A DNA stretch of 64,000 bases from Octopus vulgaris (taxonomy: Eukaryota). Within the stretch, counting starts at the first letter, position 1; the number at the start of each line of letters is the position of its first letter. The notes beneath the pieces are model-generated. The model made no database searches. It saw only the letters and a list, made by a program, of their open reading frames with translations, and was not told where the DNA came from. Below, one piece after another: positions 40,500-55,235 of the stretch. A program made the position numbers and the translations under genes. The stretch covers positions 65,782,001 through 65,846,000 of the forward strand of contig OX597815.1 of the NCBI GenBank assembly GCA_951406725.2, given 5' to 3'.

Positions 40500-40592
40500 G
40501 TGTATGTATGTATGTACATATATACATACATATATATATATATATATCCTGCCCCGTCCCTAGCCACATTCAGATGGCTGATCCCCCTTATG

Positions 40593-40625
<33 letters not shown>

Positions 40626-40629
40626 AATT

Positions 40630-41691
40630 GAGATAGGGGTTGTAAATGCAACCCTCCATGGGATAACATATATCCAATATACTGCTAGTGAAGTACCCAA
40701 CAAAGTTAATACATAAATGTTAAGAATTGCGATGCAATTAATTCATTTACTGTATTATATGGGCAAAGGTAAAATGTTTTACCACAAATTCATAATACAA
40801 AATAAGAAAATGGAGAAATACATCCAAATCAAATATCAATTACCAGATAATACCCAATCACATACTTTATTAAACCACCACATAAGAAACTTTAAGGTCA
40901 GACAACGCTAATATTAGTATTGCTGATAATGGAATCTATATATTGTTTTACTAGTATTAGCGTTATTAATAATAAGAATAATGATATTGGTAGCATTAGT
41001 GGTAATGACAATGGTAATGATGTTAACATTAATGACATTTTCGAAATTAATAAGAATTAATATAATGTACTCTTGACTCTGTATATCTGCATTTAGGTAT
41101 TAATATGTGTATGTTTTTCTACATTGTAATATCACAATATTAAGTTGAAAAACTGTAACATTGAATGTGGAACATATGTATGTTTATTGATTTATATTAT
41201 TTATATTATTATGTATATGTATATGTATGGGAGTATGAGTATATGCACTCATATGTATATGTATATGATTTATTATGGGTATGTACCCACACCTATATAA
41301 GTGTATATGTAATCTGATTTGTATCACATAATCTCCGAAGAGGCCTTAGGATATTTTTGTAAATGTCTCATTTATAACTACATATTGACCTACCATAAAT
41401 GGCTAATATAAGTAAAATGAGACATACTTATCTGCATGGCCGAAACAGCTGTAAGATGTAGTTTATATTTATATTTAAATTTATTTATATTTATATTCTC
41501 TTATACATATTGTACTTATTGTATCACATTACTCCTTTATGTACACTCCTTTATGTACACTGTTTTGTTCTATATTATTATGTTTGACCTTAAAGTTTCT
41601 TATGTGGTGGTTTAATAAAGTATGTGATTGGGTTATAATCTGGTAATTGATATTTGATTTGGATGTATTTCTCCATTTTCTTATTTTGTAT
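40630..41691. mobile_element. PLE 3'-terminal fragment with inverted copy (arms about 40793-40905 and 41581-41691; third piece about 40395-40445) and hammerhead at 41331-41457
   Basis: Reverse-complement arms, ends in (TA)n. ATCT-CCGAAGA-GGCC...GGCC-GAAAC-AGCT-GTA^AGAT. Confidence 0.75.
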
Positions 41692-41709
41692 ATATATATA
41701 TATATATAT

Positions 41710-41952
41710 ATCTTTTATCCTTTTACTAGTTTCAGTCATTTGACTGCGGCCATGCTGGAGCACCACCTTTAGTCCAACAAATCGACCCTAGAACTCATTC
41801 TTTGTAAGCCTACAATTACTTGTTCTGTCGGTCTATTTGCGTCCCCGCTAGGTTACGGGGACGTAAACATACCAGTATTTGTTGTCAAGCGATGGTGGGA
41901 GGACAAACACACACACACAAACGCACGCATGCACACACACTAACACACACAC

Positions 41953-42019
<67 letters not shown>

Positions 42020-42170
42020 CGACGTGCTTCTTTCAGTTTCCGTCTACCAAATCCAATCGCAATGCTTGATCGGCTCGAGGCTATAGTAGAAGACATTTGC
42101 CCAAGGTGTCACGCAGTGGGACTGAACCCGGAACCATGAGGTTGGGAAGGAAGCTACTAACCATACAGCC
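41710..42170 (-). mobile_element. SINE family B
   Basis: Homologous to the other family B copies. Confidence 0.8.
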
Positions 42171-42257
42171 ACGTATATATATATATATATATATATTAAC
42201 ACACACACACATATACACACATACACATGTGCACGTATCCACACAAGTTCACAAAAT

Positions 42258-42310
<53 letters not shown>

Positions 42311-43104
42311 ACACAACGCGCACATGATTGCAGTCTTGTCTACTACATAATATATATCTTGAAGTGATGTAGTGTAGAGGTTTGCTAACGGATCTGTGGT
42401 GGTAGTTGGGGACAAAGCTGTCTTTTGATGGTGTTATTAATTTATGATCTTTAGATAATCCACTCTTAAGATAACCCTCGTCGCTCTACCTTCGGCCACC
42501 ACCCTGCCACTGCCATCGTTGTTACTGTCGCTAACACATCACCTCATCTCGTATACACCACTGTCCGCTTATCACAACCTTTATCTCCGCCAATTCTGTG
42601 TGAAGAACACTGCTGCTGCTCTTGCTGTTGTTGTTACTGTTGCTGTTGATGATGATGTTGCTTTGCTGCAGCAGCTGCTGCTGTTGTTGTTAAGCAACAA
42701 GACGGGTAAGGGTGATTAGGTGATGGTCTAGGGCTTAGGGGGCGGGAGACCCCAGACCTTGGAAAAAAAAATTGGTCGTCTTGTTGTAGTCGTGGGCTCT
42801 TCGTTGACGCCCGACACCACTGGGAGGTGGCCCTCGAAGTCGCTGGAAATGGAGATCTCCAGGTCCAAATTCTTGAATGGCTGCTGCTGCTGCTGCAGTT
42901 CTGGGTCATCCCTTTATCGAGCAGACCTACGATGAAAAACTGCTATTGACTGCTGTTCCTAACAGACCGAACATACATATATACATACATTCGTTGGTTC
43001 GTATAAGTGTAGTGATAGCCATGGTGGTTAAGGTGTTTGGCTCTCGGTCATGAGGCAGTTGGTTAGATTCCAGATGGCGCGTTGCGGCCTTCATTATTCG
43101 ATTC

Positions 43105-43750
43105 TTCTCATTTCTTTATTGCCCACAAGGGGCTAAACATAAAGGGTACAAACAAGGACAGACAAAGGGACCCCAGTGCGTAACTGGTACTTAATTTATC
43201 GACTCCGAAGGGATGAAAGGCAAAGTCGACCTCGGCGGAATTTGAACTCAGAACGTAATGGCAGACGAAATACCTATTTCTTTACTACCCACAAGGGGCT
43301 AAACACAGAGAGGACAAACAAGGACAGACAAACGGATTAAGTCGATTATATCGACCCCAGGGCTTAACTGGTACTTACTTAATTTATAGACCCCGAAAGG
43401 ATGAAAGGCAAAGTCGACCTCGGCGGAATTTGAACCCAGAACCTAGCGGCAGACGAAATACCGCAAAGCATTTCGCCCGGCGTGCTAACGTTTCTTATTT
43501 CTTTATTGCCCACAAGGGGCTAAACATAGAGGGTACAAACAAGGATAGACAAACGGATTAAGTCGATTATATCGCCCCCAGTGCTTAACTGGTACTTAAT
43601 TTATAGACCCCGAAAGGATGAAAGGCAAAGTAGACCTCGGCGGAATTTGAACTCAGAACGTAACGGCAGGCGAAATACCTATTTCTTTACTACCCACAAT
43701 ACCTATTTCTTTACTACCCCGGCGTGCTAACGTTTCTGCCAGCTCACCGC
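43105..43750 (-). mobile_element. Tandem multimer (about 3 units plus fragments) of SINE family A
   Basis: 'cccacaaggggctaaaca...aaggcaaagtcgacctcggcggaatttgaac' occurs three times. Confidence 0.88.
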
Positions 43751-44716
43751 TGTTACTCAGCTGTAAATGAGTACCAGCCTAATTAGTAATGGTGCAGCCC
43801 CACTCCTTCTCTGTCTTTCCCTTTCTCGCTCTCTCTCTCTCTCTCTCTCTCTTTCTCCCTTTCTCTCTCTCTCTCTCCCTCCCTCTCTCTCCAGCCGTCA
43901 CATCTTCGATGTTCTTTTTGGCCAAATGTGTGAGATCCAAGAATTTGCCTTTGTCTCTTCGTGATTCCAATCACATCTAACAATTAGCAAAATTATTTTA
44001 CATGGTACCAGCGCGTATTCGATCACACCTGACGGCCATAGAGTACAGGTGGTGTCTGTTGGTGATAGTGAAGTCACAATTACAGAGCCAACGAGAGAGA
44101 GCCTCCTTGTGGTTGGCTTACCTGCTAGAAATAACGGCCAAACACTTAAAAGAAGGACACTTCAGAATAATATGGTCCTTTGTTCTCTTTCTCTCTGCAC
44201 ATAGGAGAAATAAGACATGATGATTACGATTGGAATATGTTTCATCTAAAATTTACGTTTAATTGGGACGAAACATCAACATTGCATTCGCTCTTTATTA
44301 TCACGATCATTACGACGACCGCCGCCACCACCACCACCACCACCACCATCATCATCACCACTACTACCAGCACCACTACCATCAATATCACCACAACCAC
44401 CACCACCACGATCATTTCCTCCACGATAATCACTACCACTACCACCATCACCATTTCCACCCGATATCCCACAATTACGACACACACACACCATTGTGTT
44501 TCCCCGATTATGCCACCAACATCAGCAGTATAGTCATGCTACAACCGTAACCACTACTGCCGCAAACTTATCACCAGCAGCACCACCACCACCATCAACA
44601 CCAACGACACCACCACCACCAACAACAACAACGACTACATTGGTTTCAAGCCACCACCCCTATGCTACTACACTAACGTCAACACATCATTGACACCACT
44701 ACTACCACCACTACCA

Positions 44717-44762
<46 letters not shown>

Positions 44763-45058
44763 ATTATTCACCATCACCATCACCCTCGCCTCTGCCACTG
44801 TGACCACCTTCACCACTATCACCACTACTGCCACTACCATCACCACCAATAACATCACCACTACCACAGCCACTATCACCACCTCTACTGCTGCCATCCC
44901 AAGTTCTAATTAAAATTCTGTCTTCAGAGCAATTCTTGAAGTTTATAAATGACAGAATTTGATACGATTTGCGTAAATATAAAACCTGGCGCTTTTTTTT
45001 ATGTGATTTCTTCAAGTTTTATAACGTTTTAATCTTTTGTGTGTCAGTATATCACTCG

Positions 45059-45141
<83 letters not shown>

Positions 45142-45409
45142 CGTGCGTGCGTACGTGTGCGTGTCTTAGGTACATATATGTTTACATGAATGTGTATATG
45201 TGTGTATGTTCTATACTTGTATATATGTGTTAGTTATAGATGTATTTATGTATATGCCGTGCATGTGTTTGCCTTCTATGTGCGTATGTGTGCACGCATG
45301 TCGACATATATGTATTTATATGTAAGTTCTCTATGTGCATATGTATCCATGTTCTATGTATGTATATATGTGTGTAAGCTCGATATGTACATATGCGTAC
45401 GAGCGTATA

Positions 45410-45670
45410 TGTGTATATATGTACTGTATAAATGTCTCTGCATATGTGCGTATGTGTGTATATATGTACTGTATATATGTATCTACATATGTGCGTATGT
45501 GTGTATATATGTACTGTATATATGTCTCTGCATATGTGCGTATGTGTGTATATATGTACTGTATATATGTACTGTATATATGTCTCTGCATATGTGCGTA
45601 TATGTGTATATATGTACTGTATATATGTCTCTGCATATGTGCGCATGTGTGTATATATGTACTGTTCTAC
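45410..45670. repeat. 45-bp minisatellite, about 5-6 copies
   Basis: gtactgtatatatgtctctgcatatgtgcgtatgtgtgtatatat starts at 45421, 45466, 45511, 45556/45569 and 45614. Confidence 0.85.
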
Positions 45671-46527
45671 ATGTGTATATGTGTAGATACGTCTATGTCC
45701 TATATATTCTTGGTATGTCCTATCATCTACTTCACGATGTATGTGGCTTTGTTTGCATGTGAATATGTTTATCTATGCATGTTCATGAGTTTATTTGTAT
45801 ATTTGTATATGCCCATGTGTTTGTGCGTGAATGCCTTTTCGTATTTATGTATATGCATGTGCTTACATATGCATACGTTTGTGTGTTTAGAATTAATTTA
45901 ACTGCACTCATCTGTATACCCTCTGTTTTTATTGCCTGTATATGTTCAGCACAGACTAACGTATCAGTGAGTTTACAATTTTGTGTATATGCAGGCGTAT
46001 GTACATACATAAATATATGCACACATGCACACATGTATATCTGTGTGCGTATACACACACACATACACACACATATACATACACATGTATGTATATATAT
46101 ATATATATATATATGTGCGTGTGTTATATATATATATATATATCCCTATATTGTATACATGTTATATATGTATACATACGTTATACATCTTATATACAAA
46201 CATACATATATATATATATATAGATATAAATATATATGTCTGCATGTGTGTGTATGTGTGTGTGTGTGTGTGTGTGTGGAGGTTGATTTGTAACGAGTGT
46301 GTTTGCGTAAGTGTTAGCGTTTAAGTGAGTGGATGATATTTAGTGATAAATTCTATCATTGTCTGCTAAAGATTAAAACGGTGATTTATTATATTCTGTT
46401 TGGGTGACACATTTTACACATAATGCCTGCATGATGAATGGCTGTTGGATCGTAATTGCTGTAACTCTGGACAGAGCGTCTCTTCGCTCTAATGCCATAT
46501 TACTAAGCGTGCGCTCGCACGCACACA

Positions 46528-46617
<90 letters not shown>

Positions 46618-47049
46618 CACATGTATGTCAGTGCATGTAACTGCTTTAAGACCAAGTTAATACATAAATTTAAGTTAAATTGAAGGATACTTTTTAGTTA
46701 GAGTGTACATTTATTTAACTTTTATACGGTAAAGTTTGAAAGTGACTGCCTCACCTTCATCAGGTAACCTTTCCCTCGTCAATGTTATATATATATATAT
46801 ATATGAGCGCAATTTAGGTTAGCCAATGCTTCGTTTTATATATATATATATATATATGTACGACGGGCTTCTTTCAGTTTCCATCTACTAAATCCACTCA
46901 CAAGGTTTTGGTCAGCCCGGAGCTATAGTAGAATTCACTTGCACAAGGTGCCACGCAGCGGGACTGAACTGGGAACCATGTAGTTGAGAAGCAAGCTTCT
47001 TACCAAACAGACATGCTTGCGGCTATATATATATATATCCTCTTGAGGA

Positions 47050-47790
47050 TCTTCTTGAGGATCCGACGATTGACCATCGATGAGGTGGCATGTTTTCTGC
47101 AAATTATCCATGGTTCTGCCTTGGAATTCATTCACAACAAGCTTCGCATCCGTAAAATCTGTGCGGGATGGGTGTCAAGAGAACTTACAAAAGTGCATAA
47201 GCACACTCTTGTAGAGATCTGTCAACGCTTATTCAACTCTACAACGATGACGGCGAAGATCTTTTGGAGAGAATAGTCACAGACGAGACCTGGGTCCATC
47301 ACTTTGAGCCAGAATCTGAAAGGCAGAGTATGGAGTGGAAAGACCGGAATCGCCAGCGAAAAATAAGCTCTACTGGAGCATTACCTGGAAAAGGAGTCTA
47401 TAGTCATCAGTGTGGTCTATAGTGAAATGCTGGCCAACGAACTGAAACCTCCAATTCTCAGCACACGTCGAGATCTATTGTCAAATCAAGTGTTATTTTT
47501 GCACAACAATGCATACCCATATACGGCCGCCCACACTGTTGAAACCATGGAAAAATTGGATCTTGAGTTGCTGGAACAGCCAAGATTTTACCCTTTCTGA
47601 CCATCACTTGTTTGGATCATTCAAACATCTGTTTCGTGGTGGTCGATTTGCTAAAGTCGAAGAAGTGTAGGAAGCAATGCATAAATGGATGCGGACCAAC
47701 CGAAACCTTTCTTCTCCGATGAAATAAGCAAGCTTGTTGATCGCTGGATGAATGCATCGAAAAGCAAAGATAATTAGTCAAGAAAAGATG
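47050..47790 (+). mobile_element. Decayed mariner transposase fragment
   Basis: KICAGWVSR (from WVPR), VTDETWV, LHNNAYPYTA, DHHLFG. Confidence 0.8.
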
Positions 47791-48043
47791 TGATTGTTTT
47801 CTAACCGGACGATGTCTTAACAGGCCGAAACTTCTAAGTCGCAGTCAACAACGTTCTTGTTAAAGAATAAACTTGTACTCCACAAATGTATAGAGTAACC
47901 CCTCATATTAATGCAAAACTGGTTTTATTATAACTAAAAATACACACACGCACACACACATCTTTCCACCCTACTCCAAGTATTGATTCTAGACCGGAAA
48001 ACCATGTACCATATATATATGTATATACAAGTCATACATTATA

Positions 48044-48293
48044 TGTTGGTATGTTAATGTCCTTGTAACTTAGCGGTTCAGCAAAAGAGAGCGATAGAGT
48101 ATGTACTAGGCTTACAAAGGGTAAGTCCTGGTGTCGATTTCTTCGAGTAAAACCCCTTGGATGGCTGTAGACAAATGACTGAAACGTGTAACAAAAAAGA
48201 TAAAAGAATACACATATACATATATGTATATATGAATAAATTTGCATATACATATGCTTATACATACATATTCATACATACATTTATATATAC

Positions 48294-48353
<60 letters not shown>

Positions 48354-50621
48354 CTATATATACATATATATATGCTTGTATATATATATATATATATGTA
48401 TAAGGGTGAAAAGGAACACACGAGTTGATATATATGAAAAAACAAGTCAAAAATAGAAAATGCTAAAATAATTTTATAGTGAACATTTCAGTACCGGTTT
48501 CGGTCATTTTGAGACCTTTTCAACTGTAACGATTAAATAATTCAATTTAGAAAAATTAGAAGAAAAGTTTTTTTAAAAGAATATTTCTATAGTAGTGTTC
48601 AGATTTAAGTGGCATTCTGCCTTTCTCTGACTCCCTTGTTTGCACTTGTGTATTGGAGGTCGTTGTGAGTTCTTGGTAGGGTAGTAGAGGAAGAAGGCTG
48701 GTGAGGAAAGGGGGTGGGAGAATCTGGGAGTGCCCTGATGGTCGTATTTTGAATGGTCAGTGGCGGCTGGCAGTCTCAGTTCAATTCAGGAGAATATTTA
48801 TATTGACAGGCTTGTTTATAGAATTAGCGTAGGTGTTATACTAAAAAGCATTAGTGACAAAGTTAAGGGGTAGGGGGTGGGGAAGTAGAAGAAGAAGAAG
48901 AAGAAGAAGAAGAAGAAGAAGAAGAAGAAGAAGAAGACGATGTTGATGATGATGATGATGATGATGAAGAAGAAGAAGAAGAAGAAGAAGGAGAAGGAGA
49001 AGATGACGATGATGGTGATGGTGGTGATGATTATGACGACGATGATGATGATAATGATGATGATGAAGAAGAAGAAGAAGAAGAAGAAGAAGAAGGAGAA
49101 GGAGAAGATGGTGGTGATGATGGTGGTGATGATGATGACGACGATGATGATGATAATGATGATGATGAAGAAGAAGAGGAAGAAGAAGGAGAAGAAAAAA
49201 ACAGAGAAGGGAGAATATGAAAGGGTGTAAGTTTAGCTATGATGGGGCTGATTAGTAATGGATTCTATGGAGTGTAATATTTGTGTGTGTATATATTTCT
49301 TTTATTCTAAAGTTGAGGTATATTAATTGTTTGTTAAGAAGTGGCTTGTATTTTGTAATAAAGAGATTTTCTTTACTTATTCGTTGTCTCGAGGTTGTAT
49401 CGTCCCTAAATTGGCAGAGGGGGAAAAATTCTGAAGTTTGGTGTTTTTTTGTTGGCGCAAGTATCTATGTGTTGGCTAAAAGCTATTTTTCTGTTTTTAA
49501 ACAAAAAAACACCAAACTTCAGAATTTTCCCCTCTACCAATTTAGGGACGATACAACCTCGAGACAACGAATAAGTAAAGAAAATCTCTTTATTACAAAA
49601 TACAAGCCACTTCTTAACGGGTCTACGACAAACAATTAATATACCTCAACTTTAGAATAAAAGAAATATATACACACACAAATATTACACTCCATAGAAT
49701 CCATTACTAATCAGCCCCATCATAGCTAAACTTACACCCTTTCATATTCTCCCTTCTCTGTTTTTTTCTTCTCTTCTTCTTCCTCTTCTTCTTCATCATC
49801 ATCATTATCATCATCATCGTCGTCATCATCATCACCACCATCATCACCACCATCTTCTCCTTCTCCTTCTTCTTCTTCTTCTTCTTCTTCTTCTTCTTCA
49901 TCATCATCATTATCATCATCATCGTCGTCATAATCATCACCACAATCACCATCATCGTGATCTTCTCCTTCTCCTTCTTCTTCTTCTTCTTCATCATCAT
50001 CATCATCAACATCGCTTCTTCTTCTTCTTCTTCTTCTTCTTCTTCTTCTTCTTCTTCTTCTTCTTCTTCTTCTTCTTCTTCTTCTTCTACTTCCCCACCC
50101 CCTACCCCTTAACTTTGTCACTAATGCTTTTTAGTATAACACCTACGCTAATTCTATAAACAAGCCTGTCAATATAAATATTCTCCTGAATTGAACTGAG
50201 ACTGCCAGCCGCCACTGACCATTCAAAATACGACCATCAGGGCACTCCCAGATTCTCCCACCCCCTTTCCTCACCAGCCTTCTTCCTCTACTACCCTACC
50301 AAGAACTCACAACGACCTCCAATACACAAGTGCAAACAAGGGAGTCAGAGAAAGGCAGAATGCCACTTAAATCTGAACACTACTATAGAAATATTCTTTT
50401 AAAAAAACTTTTCTTCTAATTTTTCTAAATTGAATTATTTAATCGTTACAGTTGAAAAGGTCTCAAAATGACCGAAACCGGTACTGAAATGTTCACTATA
50501 AAATTATTTTAGCATTTTCTATTTTTGACTTGTTTTTTCATATATATCAACTCGTGTGTTCCTTTTCACCCTTATACATATATATATATATATATACAAG
50601 CATATATATATGTATATATAG

Positions 50622-50677
<56 letters not shown>

Positions 50678-50928
50678 GTATATATAAATGTATGTATGAA
50701 TATGTATGTATAAGCATATGTATATGCAAATTTATTCATATATACATATATGTATATGTGTATTCTTTTATCTTTTTTGTTACACGTTTCAGTCATTTGT
50801 CTACAGCCATCCAAGGGGTTTTAGTCGAAGAAATCGACACCAGGACTTACCCTTTGTAAGCCTAGTACATACTCTATCGCTCTCTTTTGCTGAACCGCTA
50901 AGTTACAAGGACATTAACATACCAACAT
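48044..50928. repeat. 2.9-kb foldback inverted duplication (arms about 48044-49453 and 49500-50928) of a PLE 3' end plus flanking microsatellite and SINE
   Basis: Arms are reverse complements apart from microsatellite lengths, a few substitutions and a roughly 15-bp indel. GIY-YIG C-terminus QHIDTC..FRIFPL..RISKENLFITKYKPLLN lies at the centre. Confidence 0.92.
50449..50486 (+). ncRNA. Minimal type I hammerhead with U3:A8 core (mirror copy 48489-48526, minus)
   Basis: CAG-TTGAAAA-GGTC-TCAAAAT-GACC-GAAAC-CG-GTA^CTG. Confidence 0.7.
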
Positions 50929-50987
50929 CGGTCGTCAAGCAATGGATGGGAAAAAAACATAGACATAAAGTAACATATGTGTGTGTG

Positions 50988-51043
<56 letters not shown>

Positions 51044-51171
51044 CGACTGGTTCCTCTCAGTTTCCGTCTACCAAATCCACTCACAAGGCTTTGGTAAGTT
51101 TGAGACCCAAGGTGCCACGCATATTTATTCATATATATACATACATATATATATGTATTTGTATGTGTGTG

Positions 51172-51203
<32 letters not shown>

Positions 51204-51925
51204 AATCTATGTTATTATGTATGCATATATTCATAGAAGCGTGTAACTGAAGACCACCTATGGTAAATATGTTGATACAATGAGTTACTGTAGTCTCTTT
51301 CAGTTTAATAAACCGTATTGCATCCAGGTCAAGGAGAACTTGCACAGACAGCTGATAAATATCTACAAACTTTTGTACCTTTACAACATCGTGATGGGTA
51401 TAATATCATGAATGGTGTATTGTGGTGTTTGGCAAGCAAGAGTTTACAGGGACGAACATAAGTATTACGCCTTTAGATCCTCAAGTGAATTTCGCTGTCG
51501 CTATAAATGGCGAAAATAAATACTTGAAAAAAAAAGGCAAAGACATTCTGTAGCATTAACTTTACTTTCATTGGTTATTTGACAACGTACTGACGCTGCT
51601 TATATCCACTCATGGAGTAAGAAAGGGGGTAAGTAGAGAGAGAGAGAGAGAGGGGGGTATTATGAGAGGGCAGAGAGTGTGGATATTCTCCTTAAGGGGA
51701 GAGAACAACTTCTAGGTTTGCATCTTATCAAAATATGCTATCGGCTTTAATCGCTTTAGAAAGACGATTTAGTCGTACTGGAATAAAGAAACAAAAACGT
51801 GAACTATATTAAATTAATATGTTGCTGATGCATCGTTTTCTACTGATTGTTGTTAGGTCGTGGTGATATAGGTAGCGGCAGGATTGACAAGTTTATTGGT
51901 ATATAGGATCTATCTATCTACATGC

Positions 51926-51967
<42 letters not shown>

Positions 51968-52031
51968 TTTATGTGTGTGTGTGAGTGTGTGTTTGTGTGT
52001 ACGTACGTAGATAGATATATATATATATACA

Positions 52032-53264
52032 CAGGGTTTGGAGAAAATAAAGGAAACACCTAGCATCATAGCATCATAATTTTAAAATATCTATAAAATC
52101 ATCAAAAGCTTGTTTAATTTTGTGTTTTTTTTATTTATTATTAGTGTTGCTTAATATATTTTGCTAAAATTGTTGTCTCTTTTCAGTTATCATCAGAAAA
52201 AGGTAATTAAAATTTATCAAAATGACAGATCTATCGAACTTTCAAAGAGGTCAAATTGTTGGCACTAGCGTAACGAAAACAACCGAAATGTTCGGTGTAT
52301 CAAGAAGTGCTATCTCAAAGACAGCCTTTGAGAAAGAGGGAAAAACCTTCTCGTCGAAACAAAACTCAGGAAGAAAATCAAAACTTTCAGATAGGGACCG
52401 TTGGACTCTTATGCGAATTGTTAGAAAAGATCACAAAAGTACAGCTCCGAAAATTACTGCAGAGCTTAATGACCACCTCAAAAATCCAGTTTCCACAAAA
52501 ACTGTTCGCCGGGAGCAAAACAAAACCGGATTTCACGGGAGGGCTACACTTAGAAAACCACTACTTTCAAAAACAAACGTTGCAAAGCGTTTAGAGTTGA
52601 GTAAAAACCTACAGAAATGGTTCTTAGAGCAGTGCTATTTTCTCGGACGAGTCATACTTTACCTTATTTCCGACCACCGGCCGAGTATACGTGTGAAGAC
52701 AGCCAAAAGAAGCATTTGACCCAGACTGCTTTCTAACTGTTAAACATGGCGGAGGATCTGTGATGATTTGTTGGGGTGGGGCTATAGCTTGGAAATCTGG
52801 TGGCCCAATGGTTTCCCTTCATGGCAAATTTAATAGTGAAAACTATTTAAGCATTTTATCTGATCACATTCATCCTATGGTTGTGGAACTGTTTCCAGAG
52901 GGAAACACAATCTTTCAGGATGATAATGCACCAATTCACAAGGCTAAAGTTGTTACTGAATGGTACGAAGAACATTCTAGTGAAGGTGAACATCTTATCT
53001 GACCACCACAGTCCTCAGATCTCAATATTATTGAACATTTATGATGCATTTTAGAAAAACAGGTAAGGAGTCGATATCCTCCACCATCATCATTACAAGA
53101 ACTGGAGACTGTTTTAGCAGAAGAATGGATAAAAATTCCTTTGAAAACAATTCAAACTTTGTACGATTTCATAAGCTGTAATTACTGCCAAAGGCGGTCC
53201 TGTCTCATATTAAAATAAATTTGTTTGAAATTTTAAGGTGTTCCATTATTTTGTCCAACCCCTG
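52032..53264 (+). mobile_element. Tc1 (DD34E-type) transposon, pseudogenised
   Basis: TIRs CAGGGTTTGGAGAAAATAA../..TTATTTTGTCCAACCCCTG-TA. MTDLSNFQRGQIV, GRKSKLSDRD, RKPLLS, KHGGGSVMICWG, FQDDNAPIH, QSSDLNIIEH. Confidence 0.93.
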
Positions 53265-53394
53265 TATACACGTGTGTGTATGTGCGTGTGTGTGTGCGTT
53301 CGCGCGTATGTGGATCAAAACGGTTTGCTTCAAATTCCTTGGTGCTTTAAGTTTCAAAGCTTGATGCTAATACTCGGCCACTAGAAATATATAT

Positions 53395-53427
<33 letters not shown>

Positions 53428-53455
53428 TTAGATAGATAGACAGACAGACAGACAA

Positions 53456-53604
<149 letters not shown>

Positions 53605-53747
53605 CACATATGTATATATACTTTAAAAGGAGAAAAATATACTTTCCTGATAATTATTTTCCACTTCAAGTATTATATGCTTACAAATCTTTGTCTGTAC
53701 ACTACTGCACCAAGGGTTTTCTAATTTCTATTTCTACAATATTACAA

Positions 53748-53819
<72 letters not shown>

Positions 53820-53956
53820 TTTGTGTGGTCCATTGTTTCCGGCGATAAAATCAAGCCAGAAGACGAGATGAAAGCCTGTAATGTTTCATTACACTTGTTC
53901 CAAGTGACTCATACACTTGAGTTCTTATATTAATATATTACTGTACTGCATTCATT

Positions 53957-54036
<80 letters not shown>

Positions 54037-54121
54037 GCTTCGTTCTGTTGATTGTGCAACAGTTTTACTAGATAACTCACGACAGACTAGCTATCTTCTG
54101 TTGAGCATGAACAAGTGTCTG

Positions 54122-54162
<41 letters not shown>

Positions 54163-54282
54163 TGTGTGTGTGTGTAATTCGGGTTGATTAGAGCTTCGAG
54201 TTTCGGTAACAGTTTATTCAGCGACTTATTGACTCATCTATCAATAAACTAGTTTTAATATGATTAACACATTTATCTGCAT

Positions 54283-54790
<508 letters not shown>

Positions 54791-54818
54791 ACATACATAC
54801 ATACATACATACATACAT

Positions 54819-54851
<33 letters not shown>

Positions 54852-54854
54852 TAT

Positions 54855-55235
54855 ACTCTTTTACTTGTTTAAGTCATTTGACTGCGGTCATGCTGGAGCA
54901 CCGCCATTAGTCGAGCAAATCGACCCCAGGACTTATTCTTTGTAAGGCCAGTACTTATTCCATCGGTTTCTTTTGCCGAACCGCTAAGTTACGGGGATGT
55001 AAACACACCACCATCGGTTTTCAAGCGATGTTGTGGGGGATAAACACAGGCACAAACATATTCACACACGTACATGTATATATATACATATATACGACAG
55101 GCTTCTTTCAGTTTCCGACTACTAAATCCATTCACAAGGCTTTGGTCGGCCCGTGGCTATAGTAGAAGACACTTGTCCAAGGTCCCACGCAGTAGGAATG
55201 AAGCCGCAACCATGTGGGTGGTAAGCAATCTACTT
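54855..55235 (-). mobile_element. SINE family B, interrupted; resumes at about 57202-57240
   Basis: ...ggtaagcaatctactt | insertion | ggtaaaccaagctacttaccacacagccac. Confidence 0.8.

Noticed and set aside
44280-44900. Thr/Pro-rich mucin-like ORFs
   Set aside because: Degenerate (CAC)/(TAC) trinucleotide repeats with stops and no splice support.
48886-49230. Acidic or basic low-complexity ORFs (poly-E/D/K/M), mirrored at 49707-50121
   Set aside because: (GAA)n/(GAT)n tracts in the 3' UTR of a PLE fragment, not a gene.
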